DNA of 64,000 nt from an uncultured Candidatus Saccharibacteria bacterium. GTDB lineage: Bacteria; Patescibacteriota; Minisyncoccia; Phycocordibacterales; SBAW01. Where the stretch lies: positions 1,074 to 65,073 of the forward strand of contig CAYZZC010000002.1 of NCBI GenBank assembly GCA_964482995.1. Direction: 5' to 3'. The notes under the pieces are model-generated. The model was not told the DNA's origin. It saw nothing but the letters and a program-made list of their open reading frames with translations, and searched no databases. Positions 55,502 to 64,000 of the stretch are shown piece by piece; positions within the stretch are counted from its first letter, which is position 1; each line of letters begins with the position of its first letter. Both the position numbers and the translations under genes were made by a program.

Positions 55502-56529
55502 AAAAGGCCATTGAAGCAGCCCTTAAAAAAATAAAGAAAAATGCGCGTGGCCGAACCACTGCGTTTGTGATAGGCAACACCTCCGATCTTTTTTTGCAGG
55601 ATCGATTTTATGAGACGCCGATGCGCGAAACACCAGAGCTAATTTATAGTGGCGTTATTGTACGCGATGTTGTCACAGCCTGCGCTGTTGCGCGGCTAGT
55701 TGATGACAAGGTCGACTATGTTTTTGTCGACGATGAAAAAAAGGTACGTAAAATGTATTACGGAGCGAATGATGTTGGCAATATAGAGAAGGCTGTGCGG
55801 AATATTGTTGCACAATCGACCCTCCTTACCTACAAGGGCAATGACATCACGGTTGAAGCAGTCGATGCTCTGGTGTGTAACTTGGTGTCAGAGGTTAGTG
55901 GGACCCGAATTGCGATAATCGGCATGGGGAACTTTGGCTCAAAAGTGGCACTTAAATTAGTTGAGCGTGGTGTCCATATCAATGCGTATCGTCGCGACCA
56001 AAACAAACTTCGTACAATATGTACTGGGCTCAACCAGATCAAATCGAAAGATACTATTTCAAAAATTATTCCTGCAAAAAGTATTGTCGCAGCATGCAGG
56101 GGTGCCGAGATTGTAATTGGTATCACAAATGAAAAAGGTGTCATCAAAAAAGCGATGCTCAAACATGCAGCGCCTGGGGTTATTTTAATTGACGCAGGTA
56201 AGGGGTGTTTTGCTGAGGAAGTGGCGCAAGATCTATCACATCTTATCTACCGAGTTGATGTATCGATTATACAGAAACACATATTTCTCGGGCTTATCCA
56301 TGCGCGCGAGCATATGCAGAAATCTCTTGGGCGACGGCATATCCAAAAATTAGGAGGCACTATTATTTCAACAGGTCTTCTTGCACAACGGGGAGAAATT
56401 GTTGTTAATGATATTAAACGCCCCACTGTGGTTGTGGGTATAGCAGCCAAGGGTGGCGTGCTAGAGAGAAACACTCCGCACATACAAAAACAGATTGCAG
56501 AGATAAAGAAGTTTTTTAAGATAAAATAA
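55498..56529 (+). CDS. NAD(P)-binding Rossmann-fold protein, function unknown
   Basis: RIAIIGMGNFGSKVALKLVERGVHI dinucleotide-binding motif. ATGA overlap with the neuB fusion. Confidence 0.45.
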   Translation: MKKAIEAALKKIKKNARGRTTAFVIGNTSDLFLQDRFYETPMRETPELIYSGVIVRDVVTACAVARLVDDKVDYVFVDDEKKVRKMYYGANDVGNIEKAVRNIVAQSTLLTYKGNDITVEAVDALVCNLVSEVSGTRIAIIGMGNFGSKVALKLVERGVHINAYRRDQNKLRTICTGLNQIKSKDTISKIIPAKSIVAACRGAEIVIGITNEKGVIKKAMLKHAAPGVILIDAGKGCFAEEVAQDLSHLIYRVDVSIIQKHIFLGLIHAREHMQKSLGRRHIQKLGGTIISTGLLAQRGEIVVNDIKRPTVVVGIAAKGGVLERNTPHIQKQIAEIKKFFKIK

Positions 56530-56533
56530 GCAC

Positions 56534-57289
56534 ATGGCAACCATCGCTATTATCCAGGCGCGCATGAGCTCGACCCGGCTCCCCGGCAAAATACTTTTTG
56601 AAATTGCACCAGAAAAAACGATACTCTCGTGTATGCTTGAGCGCGTTGCTGCCAGTAAAGAAATCGACAAAACGATTATCGCCACTACGACGAATCCTAA
56701 AGACCAGGTGCTTGTTGATTATTTAGAGAAGGCAGGCCAGCCGTATTATGTCGGGAATGAGAATGACGTGCTCGACCGCTACTACCAAGCAGCGCTTGTT
56801 CATGGCGCAAAGCAGGGAGACATTATTGTGCGCATGACATCAGACTGCCCGATAATCGACCCCAAGGTTATCGACGAGACAATACAATTTTTTAAATCAG
56901 GCGACTTTGATTACGCCTCCAACAACCTTGAGCCATACACCTACGCAGACGGCATGGATACAGAAGTTTTTTCTTTTAATACTTTAGAAAAAACATGGAA
57001 GGAGGCGACGATCCCCGCACACCGTGAACACGTAACGTTTTATATGTGGAAGAATCCGAACATCTTTAAAATTGGTCAATATAAAAACCATAAGCCCAAC
57101 CAAGCTGGGTATCGTCTCACGATCGATTACTCTGTCGATTACGAATTGCTCAAAGAGGTGTATAAAAATCTGTATCCAAAAGACCCGCTTTTTAGTAACG
57201 ACATGATTGTGGAGTTTTTGAATCAGCATCCCGAAGTAAAAAACCTCAATAGCGAAACCGAGCGCAACAAGTCCTGGAAGGCCGCATAA
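56534..57289 (+). CDS. CMP-sugar synthetase, acylneuraminate/pseudaminate cytidylyltransferase family (NeuA/PseF/SpsF-like)
   Basis: IAIIQARMSSTRLPGKIL is the family N-terminal signature; MTSDCPIID follows. Confidence 0.8.
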   Translation: MATIAIIQARMSSTRLPGKILFEIAPEKTILSCMLERVAASKEIDKTIIATTTNPKDQVLVDYLEKAGQPYYVGNENDVLDRYYQAALVHGAKQGDIIVRMTSDCPIIDPKVIDETIQFFKSGDFDYASNNLEPYTYADGMDTEVFSFNTLEKTWKEATIPAHREHVTFYMWKNPNIFKIGQYKNHKPNQAGYRLTIDYSVDYELLKEVYKNLYPKDPLFSNDMIVEFLNQHPEVKNLNSETERNKSWKAA

Positions 57290-57306
57290 TGTAAGACAAA
57301 GAAAAT

Positions 57307-57343
57307 GGCCGGAGTCTGGGACTCCGGCCGGTTATACAATTCA
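57307..57343 (-). terminator. Intrinsic terminator (perfect 10-bp stem), mainly serving the minus-strand gene
   Basis: GGCCGGAGTC-tgg-GACTCCGGCC. On the minus transcript it is followed by AUUUUCUUUGUCUU; on the plus side the T-run is poor. Confidence 0.65.
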
Positions 57344-57349
57344 GCTCAC

Positions 57350-57859
57350 TTAGGTTGCAGAGGCGGGAGTTACGTTTAACCGTCGCAGTAGATCGCGAAC
57401 GATCCTATCGTAGGCCGGGCGGAAGACCGAGGCCTCTTGATCGTTAGGACTGCTGATCACTCTCACCATCGTAGCGAGTTGATCCCACTCAGGTCCTATA
57501 CCGAGATGGCTGAAGGCCATCTCTACTTCGTTGTACCGAGCTTCCGGCTGTAAAGGGAGCAGCTTGATTTGTGTGGCGAAACGGCTAACGTCTCCACCAG
57601 ACATAGTAACCCACTTCTCTTCATGTGGACCATTGAAGAGTCTGCTAATGCGGCCCTGCTTTTGTAGGTAGGCTGGTGTCGCATAATAGCCACGCATCCG
57701 CATAAAAGTGTTTTCAGCTGTTGCAACCCCACAAGGTAGCGCATAGCTGTGCACCTCCCATTTTCGCTCAGGTGTTTCCTGGAAAGTTGCCGCAGCGCGG
57801 AACGCATCCAGAATCTCTCGGCCCGTACATGTACGGGGCAGAGTTAATTTGATCGACAT
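57350..57859 (-). CDS. Hypothetical protein (169 aa), stand-alone unit
   Basis: GGAG RBS 9 nt upstream of the ATG on the minus strand, terminator downstream, GC3-rich codons. No recognisable motif. Confidence 0.45.
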   Translation of the reverse strand: MSIKLTLPRTCTGREILDAFRAAATFQETPERKWEVHSYALPCGVATAENTFMRMRGYYATPAYLQKQGRISRLFNGPHEEKWVTMSGGDVSRFATQIKLLPLQPEARYNEVEMAFSHLGIGPEWDQLATMVRVISSPNDQEASVFRPAYDRIVRDLLRRLNVTPASAT

Positions 57860-57992
57860 GGCTTATCTCCAAGGTTCTTTTCATACGCATGTTTGGGTGC
57901 GTACTCCCAAAAATATAATACTGTATTTATAAAGTAGTGTCAAGTTTTGGTAAGGACAGAAACTTAAAAGCTGTTATAGTGTTGTATATTCT

Positions 57993-59309
57993 ATGCAACA
58001 CAAGGGCCAAAAGCTGTGGAAGCGGGCTAAGAAGCTGATCCCTGGTGGCAATCAACTTCTTTCAAAACGTGCGGAGATGTTTTTACCTGAGCAATGGCCG
58101 GCGTACTTTTCTAAAGTAAAAGGACCCTATATTTGGGACCTTGACGGTAAAAAATATCTCGATATGTCGATCATGGGTATCGGCGCATGCCCGCTTGGCT
58201 ATGCTGACCCCGACGTAAATAAAGCGGTAAAAAAAGTGGTTGAGCGCGGCTCCATGGCGACGTGGAACACGCCAGACGAAGTAGAGCTCGCAGAGGTGCT
58301 CATCAAGATCCACCCATGGGCAAGCATGGTGCGCTACGCACGCACGGGCGGCGAGTCGATGGCTATCGCCTCGCGCATCGCACGTGCTTACACTGGCCGC
58401 GACGTGATCGCCTTTTGCGGCTACCACGGCTGGAGCGACTGGTATCTTGCGACCAATCTTAAAGACCCGAAGGGTCTCAACGAGCATTTACTTGCAGGGC
58501 TCGAGCCGAGAGGTGTGCCAAAAGGGCTACGTGGCTCGATCCTTCCGTTTCGATATAATCGCATTGAAGAGTTAGAACAAATTGTAAAACATACCAAAGG
58601 TAAACTCGCTGCAATAATCATGGAGCCGATACATGGCGATGAGCCAAAAGATGATTTTCTTAAAAAAGTTCGCGCAATCGCAGATAAGGCCAGTGCGGTA
58701 CTTATTTTTGACGAAATCTCAATCGGTTTTAAAGAAACTATTGGCGGCTCGCATCTTCTTTATAAAGTTACTCCTGACATCGCGGTGTTCAGCAAGGGTA
58801 TGAGCAACGGCTACCCGATGGCGGCTATTATCGGCAAAAAAGAGGTGATGCAAGCTGCACAAGACACGTTTATCTCAAGCACCTACTGGACCGAGAGTAT
58901 TGGGCCCGCAGCTGCGCTTGCAACGATTAAAAAAATGCAGAAATATAATGTGCCAAAACATCTGGTTTCAATAGGGGAAGCTGCGAACAAAGGGCTAGAA
59001 AGACTCGCAAAGAAGCACGGTATTGCTATAAAAATAGGGGGTACTTCGACCATGGGATATTTCTCGTTTGATTACGGCAAAGAGAGCAGTGCAGTGCGCA
59101 CGCTCTTTACCCAGGAGATGCTCAAGCGAAAGATTCTTGCGGCAAACCGCTTTTATCCGTCATACGCACACACAAAAAAACATCTCGATATCTATTTTAA
59201 GGCGCTTGACCAGGTATTCTCCATTATGAAAAAAGCGATCGATAAAGGTACAATCGAGAAACAACTTAACGGGCCAGTTGCGCACTCAGGCTTTGAGCGG
59301 CTTAACTAA
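57993..59309 (+). CDS. Class-III PLP-dependent aminotransferase (glutamate-1-semialdehyde aminomutase-like)
   Basis: LIPGGNQLLSKR, DLDGKKYLDM, FDEISIGF and a VFSKGMSNGYP PLP-lysine region. Confidence 0.8.
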   Translation: MQHKGQKLWKRAKKLIPGGNQLLSKRAEMFLPEQWPAYFSKVKGPYIWDLDGKKYLDMSIMGIGACPLGYADPDVNKAVKKVVERGSMATWNTPDEVELAEVLIKIHPWASMVRYARTGGESMAIASRIARAYTGRDVIAFCGYHGWSDWYLATNLKDPKGLNEHLLAGLEPRGVPKGLRGSILPFRYNRIEELEQIVKHTKGKLAAIIMEPIHGDEPKDDFLKKVRAIADKASAVLIFDEISIGFKETIGGSHLLYKVTPDIAVFSKGMSNGYPMAAIIGKKEVMQAAQDTFISSTYWTESIGPAAALATIKKMQKYNVPKHLVSIGEAANKGLERLAKKHGIAIKIGGTSTMGYFSFDYGKESSAVRTLFTQEMLKRKILAANRFYPSYAHTKKHLDIYFKALDQVFSIMKKAIDKGTIEKQLNGPVAHSGFERLN

Positions 59310-59369
59310 ACACCTAATTTATTGACCAGCAGTCCTTAAAAAGGTAGTTTTATACATACATACCTCTCT

Positions 59370-60254
59370 ATGGAACTTGATAATAGTGTCGGCAATCTAA
59401 AATATTTTTCAAAATATTTTATACCCGCAACCGCGTGTAATTTGTGTGGCTCGACAAAAAGAGTTGAGTGGGCAAAGAGCGATCCAATAACCGCTTATCA
59501 ATGTGACAATTGCGGCCTAATTTATCACGATCCTCAGATGACTAGAGAGGGGCGAGATGCTTTTTATGCGAGCGGTTATTTTGAGCTCCAGAACAATTCT
59601 GCTGATGCAGCGGCTCGCGATAAAATGTACGAAGTTGAAATTACCTATCTAGAAAAATATATTAAAGGAGGAAAGATATTAGATGTTGGTTGTGGGGGAG
59701 GATTCCTGCTCAATAAGTTTGGCACTTCATGGGAAAAGCATGGTATTGAGTTTGACCACACCTCTGCAGAACATGCCCGTACTGCGCTGCATCTTAATGT
59801 AAAAGATGGTGAGGTAGATGAGGCATCTTATCCAGAGGGATTTTTTGATGTGATTGTTATGCGTGGTGTTATTGAGCACATGGCAGATCCAAAAACCATG
59901 CTCAAACACATGATGCCATGGCTCAAACCAGGAGGGCTATTGTACATAACCTCTACACCAAATATAGAGAGCCTTTGTGCTGAGTTGTATCGAGAAAAAT
60001 GGAAACTCTTTACTGCGGATCATCAAATACATTTTTCAAAGCGCACCATTGTTGAGTTGGGTAAGGAACTTGGTATGGAGCTTCTCGATTCAGCATATTT
60101 TTATTTGGAAACGCCTTATGCTCATGAGATTGAAGATTATAGAAAGATAATCAAAGACGCCACTCTTTTCGCTCTTGGGGAGGGGGACAAAGTGGTTTCC
60201 TCTCCCGCGTTCTATGGCAATATGCTCAGCATGATTCTTAAAAAAAATCTCTAA
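59370..60254 (+). CDS. Class I SAM-dependent methyltransferase with N-terminal zinc ribbon
   Basis: CNLCGS...CDNCG, then ILDVGCGGGFLL motif I. Confidence 0.7.
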   Translation: MELDNSVGNLKYFSKYFIPATACNLCGSTKRVEWAKSDPITAYQCDNCGLIYHDPQMTREGRDAFYASGYFELQNNSADAAARDKMYEVEITYLEKYIKGGKILDVGCGGGFLLNKFGTSWEKHGIEFDHTSAEHARTALHLNVKDGEVDEASYPEGFFDVIVMRGVIEHMADPKTMLKHMMPWLKPGGLLYITSTPNIESLCAELYREKWKLFTADHQIHFSKRTIVELGKELGMELLDSAYFYLETPYAHEIEDYRKIIKDATLFALGEGDKVVSSPAFYGNMLSMILKKNL

Positions 60255-60264
60255 TTATCTCCAG

Positions 60265-62049
60265 ATGCGAATTCTAGAAACTATACAAGTGCTGTATACA
60301 AGCTTCAGCCGATATCGGTGGCACATGCTTGTGCTTGTAGTGCTTGGGTTTTTGGGTGCTGTTTTGGAGGGTATCGGCGTCAATGCTGTAATTCCGCTCA
60401 TCTCTTTTTTTACAGGCGGAGGAGGTGAGACATCTACTGACCTTATCACGACCACTATTCGCGGTTTTTTTGGTTTTCTATCTATTCCGTTCACTTTTCG
60501 GTATCTACTTGGATTTATCTTGACTCTGTTTATATTGCGCGCAGTAGCGGTCGTTGCGTTTGGCTATATCCGCGGATGGGTCACTACCGATTATCTATGT
60601 GATGAGAGCGAGTCTATGCTGCGCCACACCATGCTTGCTTCGTGGCCGTTTTTACTCAAACAAAAACTCGGCACGCTTCACAGCGTGCTTGTGCGCGACA
60701 TACAACGATCTTCTGCTCTGTTGGAGATTGTGGGGCAAATTATCCAGTCGTTCAGCGGATTTGTCATGTATCTTTTGGTAGCGATCAATATTTCTCCTAT
60801 CACCACGCTTTATACCCTCATCGGGGGGGCGGCACTTGTCCTCTTTGGCCGCCCTTTTCTCATCAGAAACCGTCGCACCGCGGATTTGGTCATACAACAG
60901 GAAAAATCTTTTTCTCAATTTTTAGGCGAGCATATCATAGGGACAAAATCTATAAAGGCCGCTGGGGTAGAGCGTCTCGCGATACGACAGGGTAATACGT
61001 ATCTGCGTGCGCTTCGCACCCTGTCGCTTAGGATGGCACTCATTCGTTCAGGGAGTGCAAGTATGTTCCAACCCTTCAGCCTTATTTTCGTGATTATTCT
61101 TTTTACGGTCTCGTACAAGTCTCCTGGTTTTAGCATCGTCTCTTTTGGCGCAACGTTGTATCTTATACAAAAAATATTCACCTATTTAGAGTCTGGTATA
61201 AACGCGCTCCATAGTGTAAATGAGACCCTGCCGTATGCAAAAAGCCTCACCTCTTATAAAAAGATGTTAGAGGACCACCGTGAAGAAAAAGTGATAGGCA
61301 CAGCGCCCATGGTATTTAAGCAGCAGCTCGCATTTGAAAATGTATCATTTTCATACAATGGCGACACTGCGGTGCTTTCTTCCATCTCATTTGCTCTTCC
61401 ACGCGGGCAGACGGTAGGACTTATCGGGCCCTCGGGAGCTGGCAAGACCACCGTGGCCGACCTTTTGCTGAGGCTTTTCGAACCAACTTCAGGCCAAATC
61501 ACATTGGATGGTGAACCCATTGCAAACATTTCTGTCGACGAGTGGCGTAAGCATGTGGGCTACGTTTCGCAAGATGTCTTTTTGCTTAACGATTCTATTG
61601 CAGAAAACATTCGCTTCTACAGCAAAGACATTTCAAAAGAGGATATTATCACTGCTGCAAAACAGGCGAATATCTACGAGTACATCATGTCTCTACCGGA
61701 AGGGTTTGAGACAACGGTCGGCGACCGCGGGGTGCTGCTCTCCGGCGGCCAGCGCCAGCGCGTGGTTTTAGCGCGCGCTCTGGCGCGTAAACCGGTATTC
61801 CTTATCCTTGACGAAGCAACCTCAGCACTCGACTCGGAGTCGGAAAAGCTTATCCAAGAGTCGATACGCACACTCCACGGCAACGTGACCGTGTTTGTTA
61901 TAGCGCACCGTCTCTCGACTATCGAAAATGCTGACATGCTCCTTGTGCTCGAAAACAAGCAACTAAGCGAGGTCGGTGCGCCCGAGGAGTTGCGCAAAAA
62001 CCCAAACTCCTACTTTGTAAAGCACCACGATCGCCACAAAACACAATAG
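60265..62049 (+). CDS. ABC transporter, fused permease/ATP-binding exporter (MsbA/type I exporter-like)
   Basis: 6-TM N-terminal domain, Walker A GPSGAGKTT, ABC signature LSGGQRQR, Walker B FLILDEATSALD, H-loop AHRLST. Confidence 0.85.
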   Translation: MRILETIQVLYTSFSRYRWHMLVLVVLGFLGAVLEGIGVNAVIPLISFFTGGGGETSTDLITTTIRGFFGFLSIPFTFRYLLGFILTLFILRAVAVVAFGYIRGWVTTDYLCDESESMLRHTMLASWPFLLKQKLGTLHSVLVRDIQRSSALLEIVGQIIQSFSGFVMYLLVAINISPITTLYTLIGGAALVLFGRPFLIRNRRTADLVIQQEKSFSQFLGEHIIGTKSIKAAGVERLAIRQGNTYLRALRTLSLRMALIRSGSASMFQPFSLIFVIILFTVSYKSPGFSIVSFGATLYLIQKIFTYLESGINALHSVNETLPYAKSLTSYKKMLEDHREEKVIGTAPMVFKQQLAFENVSFSYNGDTAVLSSISFALPRGQTVGLIGPSGAGKTTVADLLLRLFEPTSGQITLDGEPIANISVDEWRKHVGYVSQDVFLLNDSIAENIRFYSKDISKEDIITAAKQANIYEYIMSLPEGFETTVGDRGVLLSGGQRQRVVLARALARKPVFLILDEATSALDSESEKLIQESIRTLHGNVTVFVIAHRLSTIENADMLLVLENKQLSEVGAPEELRKNPNSYFVKHHDRHKTQ

Positions 62050-62135
62050 CCCTCAGTGATGGTGCGTGCTACTATCTCCCTAGCTGCTCTTTGTAAGAGC
62101 GCATCAACAACCACAACAAATAACAGGAGGCTTCG

Positions 62136-63953
62136 ATGCCTAAGCGCTTTGTACTTGTGGCTCGCAAGCCACCAATTGAACCGCTCGGACTGCACTATCT
62201 GGATGAAATCCCTCGCCAAGTCGGCTGGGACTCAAACATTGTTCTCATCGAGAACAACAACTTTGAACCTCTCTTTGAGATAATCCGTGCCAAAAAGCCG
62301 GACATGGTTGGTTTTCATGTGTGGGCGGGATATCACCTGCCCATGCTTGCAGCTGCCGACACTGTCCGTGCGCTCGGTATCCCCGTAATTATGGGTGGGC
62401 CTTACCCTACCTATGCTTACGACAAGTGTGTTCCTCATGCAGATTGGGTGATCCGCTCAGGCGGGTTCAGGTTACTCAAGCAAGCGCTTGAGGGCTCGCT
62501 CAAAAAAGGTGTCCACTTTGACATCACTGCCCGGTACGAAGGGTTCCCGATTCCAAGCCGGGAAACTATCTATGGGGCATATCCTGAGTACGGGAAATCT
62601 CCTATCAAGAGCATCTTTGGTTCAGAGGGGTGTCCCTATAAGTGCTCATACTGTCATGCGCCTGAAAAGAATAAGATGCATGGCGGCTTCGATGCTTTCT
62701 TGCGCCCTATCGGCGATATTGTTGCCGAAGCGCAGATTGTCATGCGAGGCTGGCCAGAGACAAAGTTGTTCTATTTTCAGGACGACATTTTTGGCTTCGA
62801 CGAGAAAGTCTGGCTCCCAGAGTTTGCAAAACGCTGGAAGCAGGAAGTTGGCGTCCCGTTCCATTGCCAAATGAGGCTCGAGATGACTCGGCACGCGTCT
62901 GGCGATGCGCGGCTCGACCTCTTTGTCGAGGCGGGTTGTAGCGGCATCACGCTTGCTATCGAGTCTGACAATGAGTTCCTCAGGGATCAAGTGCTCTTCC
63001 GGTCTATGCCGGACCATCTGATCCTAGAGGGTTGCAAGAAGATAATGGATCGCGGGATGACACTGCGCACGGAGCAGATCCTTGCCGTGCCGTTTAGCGA
63101 TATCACGACCGACTTGGGGACACTCGACCTCAACAACCGCATCAACCCGACAATGGCGTGGACTTCTATCCTTTCTCCGTATCCCGGAGTTCCAATCGGC
63201 ACGATCGCCAAGAACTTCGGGTTGTGGGAGGGGACCGATGACGACCTCAAGGAACTCTTCTTTTATGAGAGCGTCCTCAAACACGTTAAGGGAGGACCGC
63301 GAGTTATCGAGCAGATTGTGCGGGCCCTCCCGCACGATCAACAAAAAGACGCCCTGCTTCGGATGACAACCGCAAACCGGACCGGACATACGGCTGACGT
63401 CTATTATCAGCACGTAAAGAAGGAAAAAGTTGGCAAGGCCACGTTTGTGGTCAATGTCGGTAGCCCTGAGCGTGTGGGAGCTATCGAATATTTGTCACCC
63501 GAGGAGAACGACCTATATTGCAAGTCTACAGTCCGCCTCCAGAATTTGTTTATGGGCCTCGCTAAGATGCCCAAAGCAAAAGAGTTGGGAGGCAAGCTCG
63601 TCGCGCTCACCGCGGACGAGTGGGCTTGGAAGCGTATCGGCGAGGTTACCACCGCTCATCTTTTGGAGGTGGTACCCGCTGCTGTGCTTGAGGGCCGATC
63701 ACATGCGCTCGCGCGTGAAATGGGCTTTTCCTCACCAGAGGAGTTTCCCAAATCGATCGCTCAAAACCCGCATTACTTCACCTACTTTCCTTCATCAGGG
63801 ATGTTGGCGAAGAAGATTGTTAAGCAACGTGTGTTTGGTCCTGGGCGTTCCACAAAAGACTCGCTCCACGACCTTGCTACTATTGTGCGGCGGCATCTCT
63901 TTGACCTTGGGCTCTACAAGGTTGTGGAGAGTTTGCCGCCGATCGCGGCCTGA
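62136..63953 (+). CDS. B12-binding-domain radical SAM protein
   Basis: N-terminal cobalamin-binding-like Rossmann segment (VGFHVWAGYHLPMLAAADTVRALGIPVIMGG), CxxxCxxC cluster GCPYKCSYC, and FQDDIF/TLAIESDNE radical-SAM core elements. GC3-rich. Confidence 0.65.
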   Translation: MPKRFVLVARKPPIEPLGLHYLDEIPRQVGWDSNIVLIENNNFEPLFEIIRAKKPDMVGFHVWAGYHLPMLAAADTVRALGIPVIMGGPYPTYAYDKCVPHADWVIRSGGFRLLKQALEGSLKKGVHFDITARYEGFPIPSRETIYGAYPEYGKSPIKSIFGSEGCPYKCSYCHAPEKNKMHGGFDAFLRPIGDIVAEAQIVMRGWPETKLFYFQDDIFGFDEKVWLPEFAKRWKQEVGVPFHCQMRLEMTRHASGDARLDLFVEAGCSGITLAIESDNEFLRDQVLFRSMPDHLILEGCKKIMDRGMTLRTEQILAVPFSDITTDLGTLDLNNRINPTMAWTSILSPYPGVPIGTIAKNFGLWEGTDDDLKELFFYESVLKHVKGGPRVIEQIVRALPHDQQKDALLRMTTANRTGHTADVYYQHVKKEKVGKATFVVNVGSPERVGAIEYLSPEENDLYCKSTVRLQNLFMGLAKMPKAKELGGKLVALTADEWAWKRIGEVTTAHLLEVVPAAVLEGRSHALAREMGFSSPEEFPKSIAQNPHYFTYFPSSGMLAKKIVKQRVFGPGRSTKDSLHDLATIVRRHLFDLGLYKVVESLPPIAA

Positions 63954-64000
63954 TACTCTTAAGCCGCAACGACAGCCGGCCGCTTCGCTTTGCGAGGCGG

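Noticed and set aside
60255-60494. 79-aa minus-strand ORF overlapping the ABC transporter start
   Set aside because: Overlaps a gene with full ABC exporter motifs; Pro/Lys/Arg-rich shadow frame.
1-64000. CRISPR arrays, rRNA genes, IS elements, integrases, prophage genes
   Set aside because: No spacer-repeat periodicity, rRNA-like conserved stretches, transposase DDE motifs or tyrosine/serine recombinase motifs were seen anywhere in the window; the large locus does not look mobile on this evidence.

Overview
This 64 kb window is gene-dense (about 60 CDS, mostly on the + strand, with many 1-4 nt start/stop overlaps suggesting long operons) and roughly 50% GC. It has no rRNA, no CRISPR array and no obvious transposase or integrase. 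The first ~9 kb is housekeeping or miscellaneous: an upstream terminator, a tRNA-Leu(CAG), a Bpt-like aminoacyl-tRNA protein transferase, a MurC/Mpl-type Mur ligase, rsmI, a CapA-family protein, a TraD/VirD4-like ATPase and a lamin-tail-domain secreted protein. From ~9.1 kb to the end it is one very large surface-glycan biosynthesis locus. That locus holds at least 12 glycosyltransferases (GT4, GT2, GT9, GT47-like, GT-C), a complete dTDP-L-rhamnose pathway (rmlABCD) followed by a sugar C-methyltransferase, a split ADP-heptose pathway (HldA-like kinase plus HldC-like adenylyltransferase), a UXS-like decarboxylase and GalE-like epimerase, many SAM methyltransferases (several FkbM-type, one fused to a GT9 domain), a ThDP-dependent E1 alpha/beta pair with an alcohol dehydrogenase, a nonulosonic-acid module (NeuB-like synthase fused to a UDP-galactopyranose-mutase-like FAD domain, plus a CMP-sugar synthetase and a class-III aminotransferase), an MsbA-like ABC exporter and a B12-radical-SAM enzyme. 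The most unusual element is a compact seven-gene ACP-dependent module (AcpS, FkbH-like loader, ACP, MaoC dehydratase, SDR reductase, MBOAT, DltD-like protein). It has the architecture of the D-alanylation (Dlt) pathway, but its acyl donor is predicted to be a glycolytic-intermediate-derived lactyl/glyceryl-ACP rather than D-Ala. All functional calls rest on motif recognition by eye; no database search was possible.
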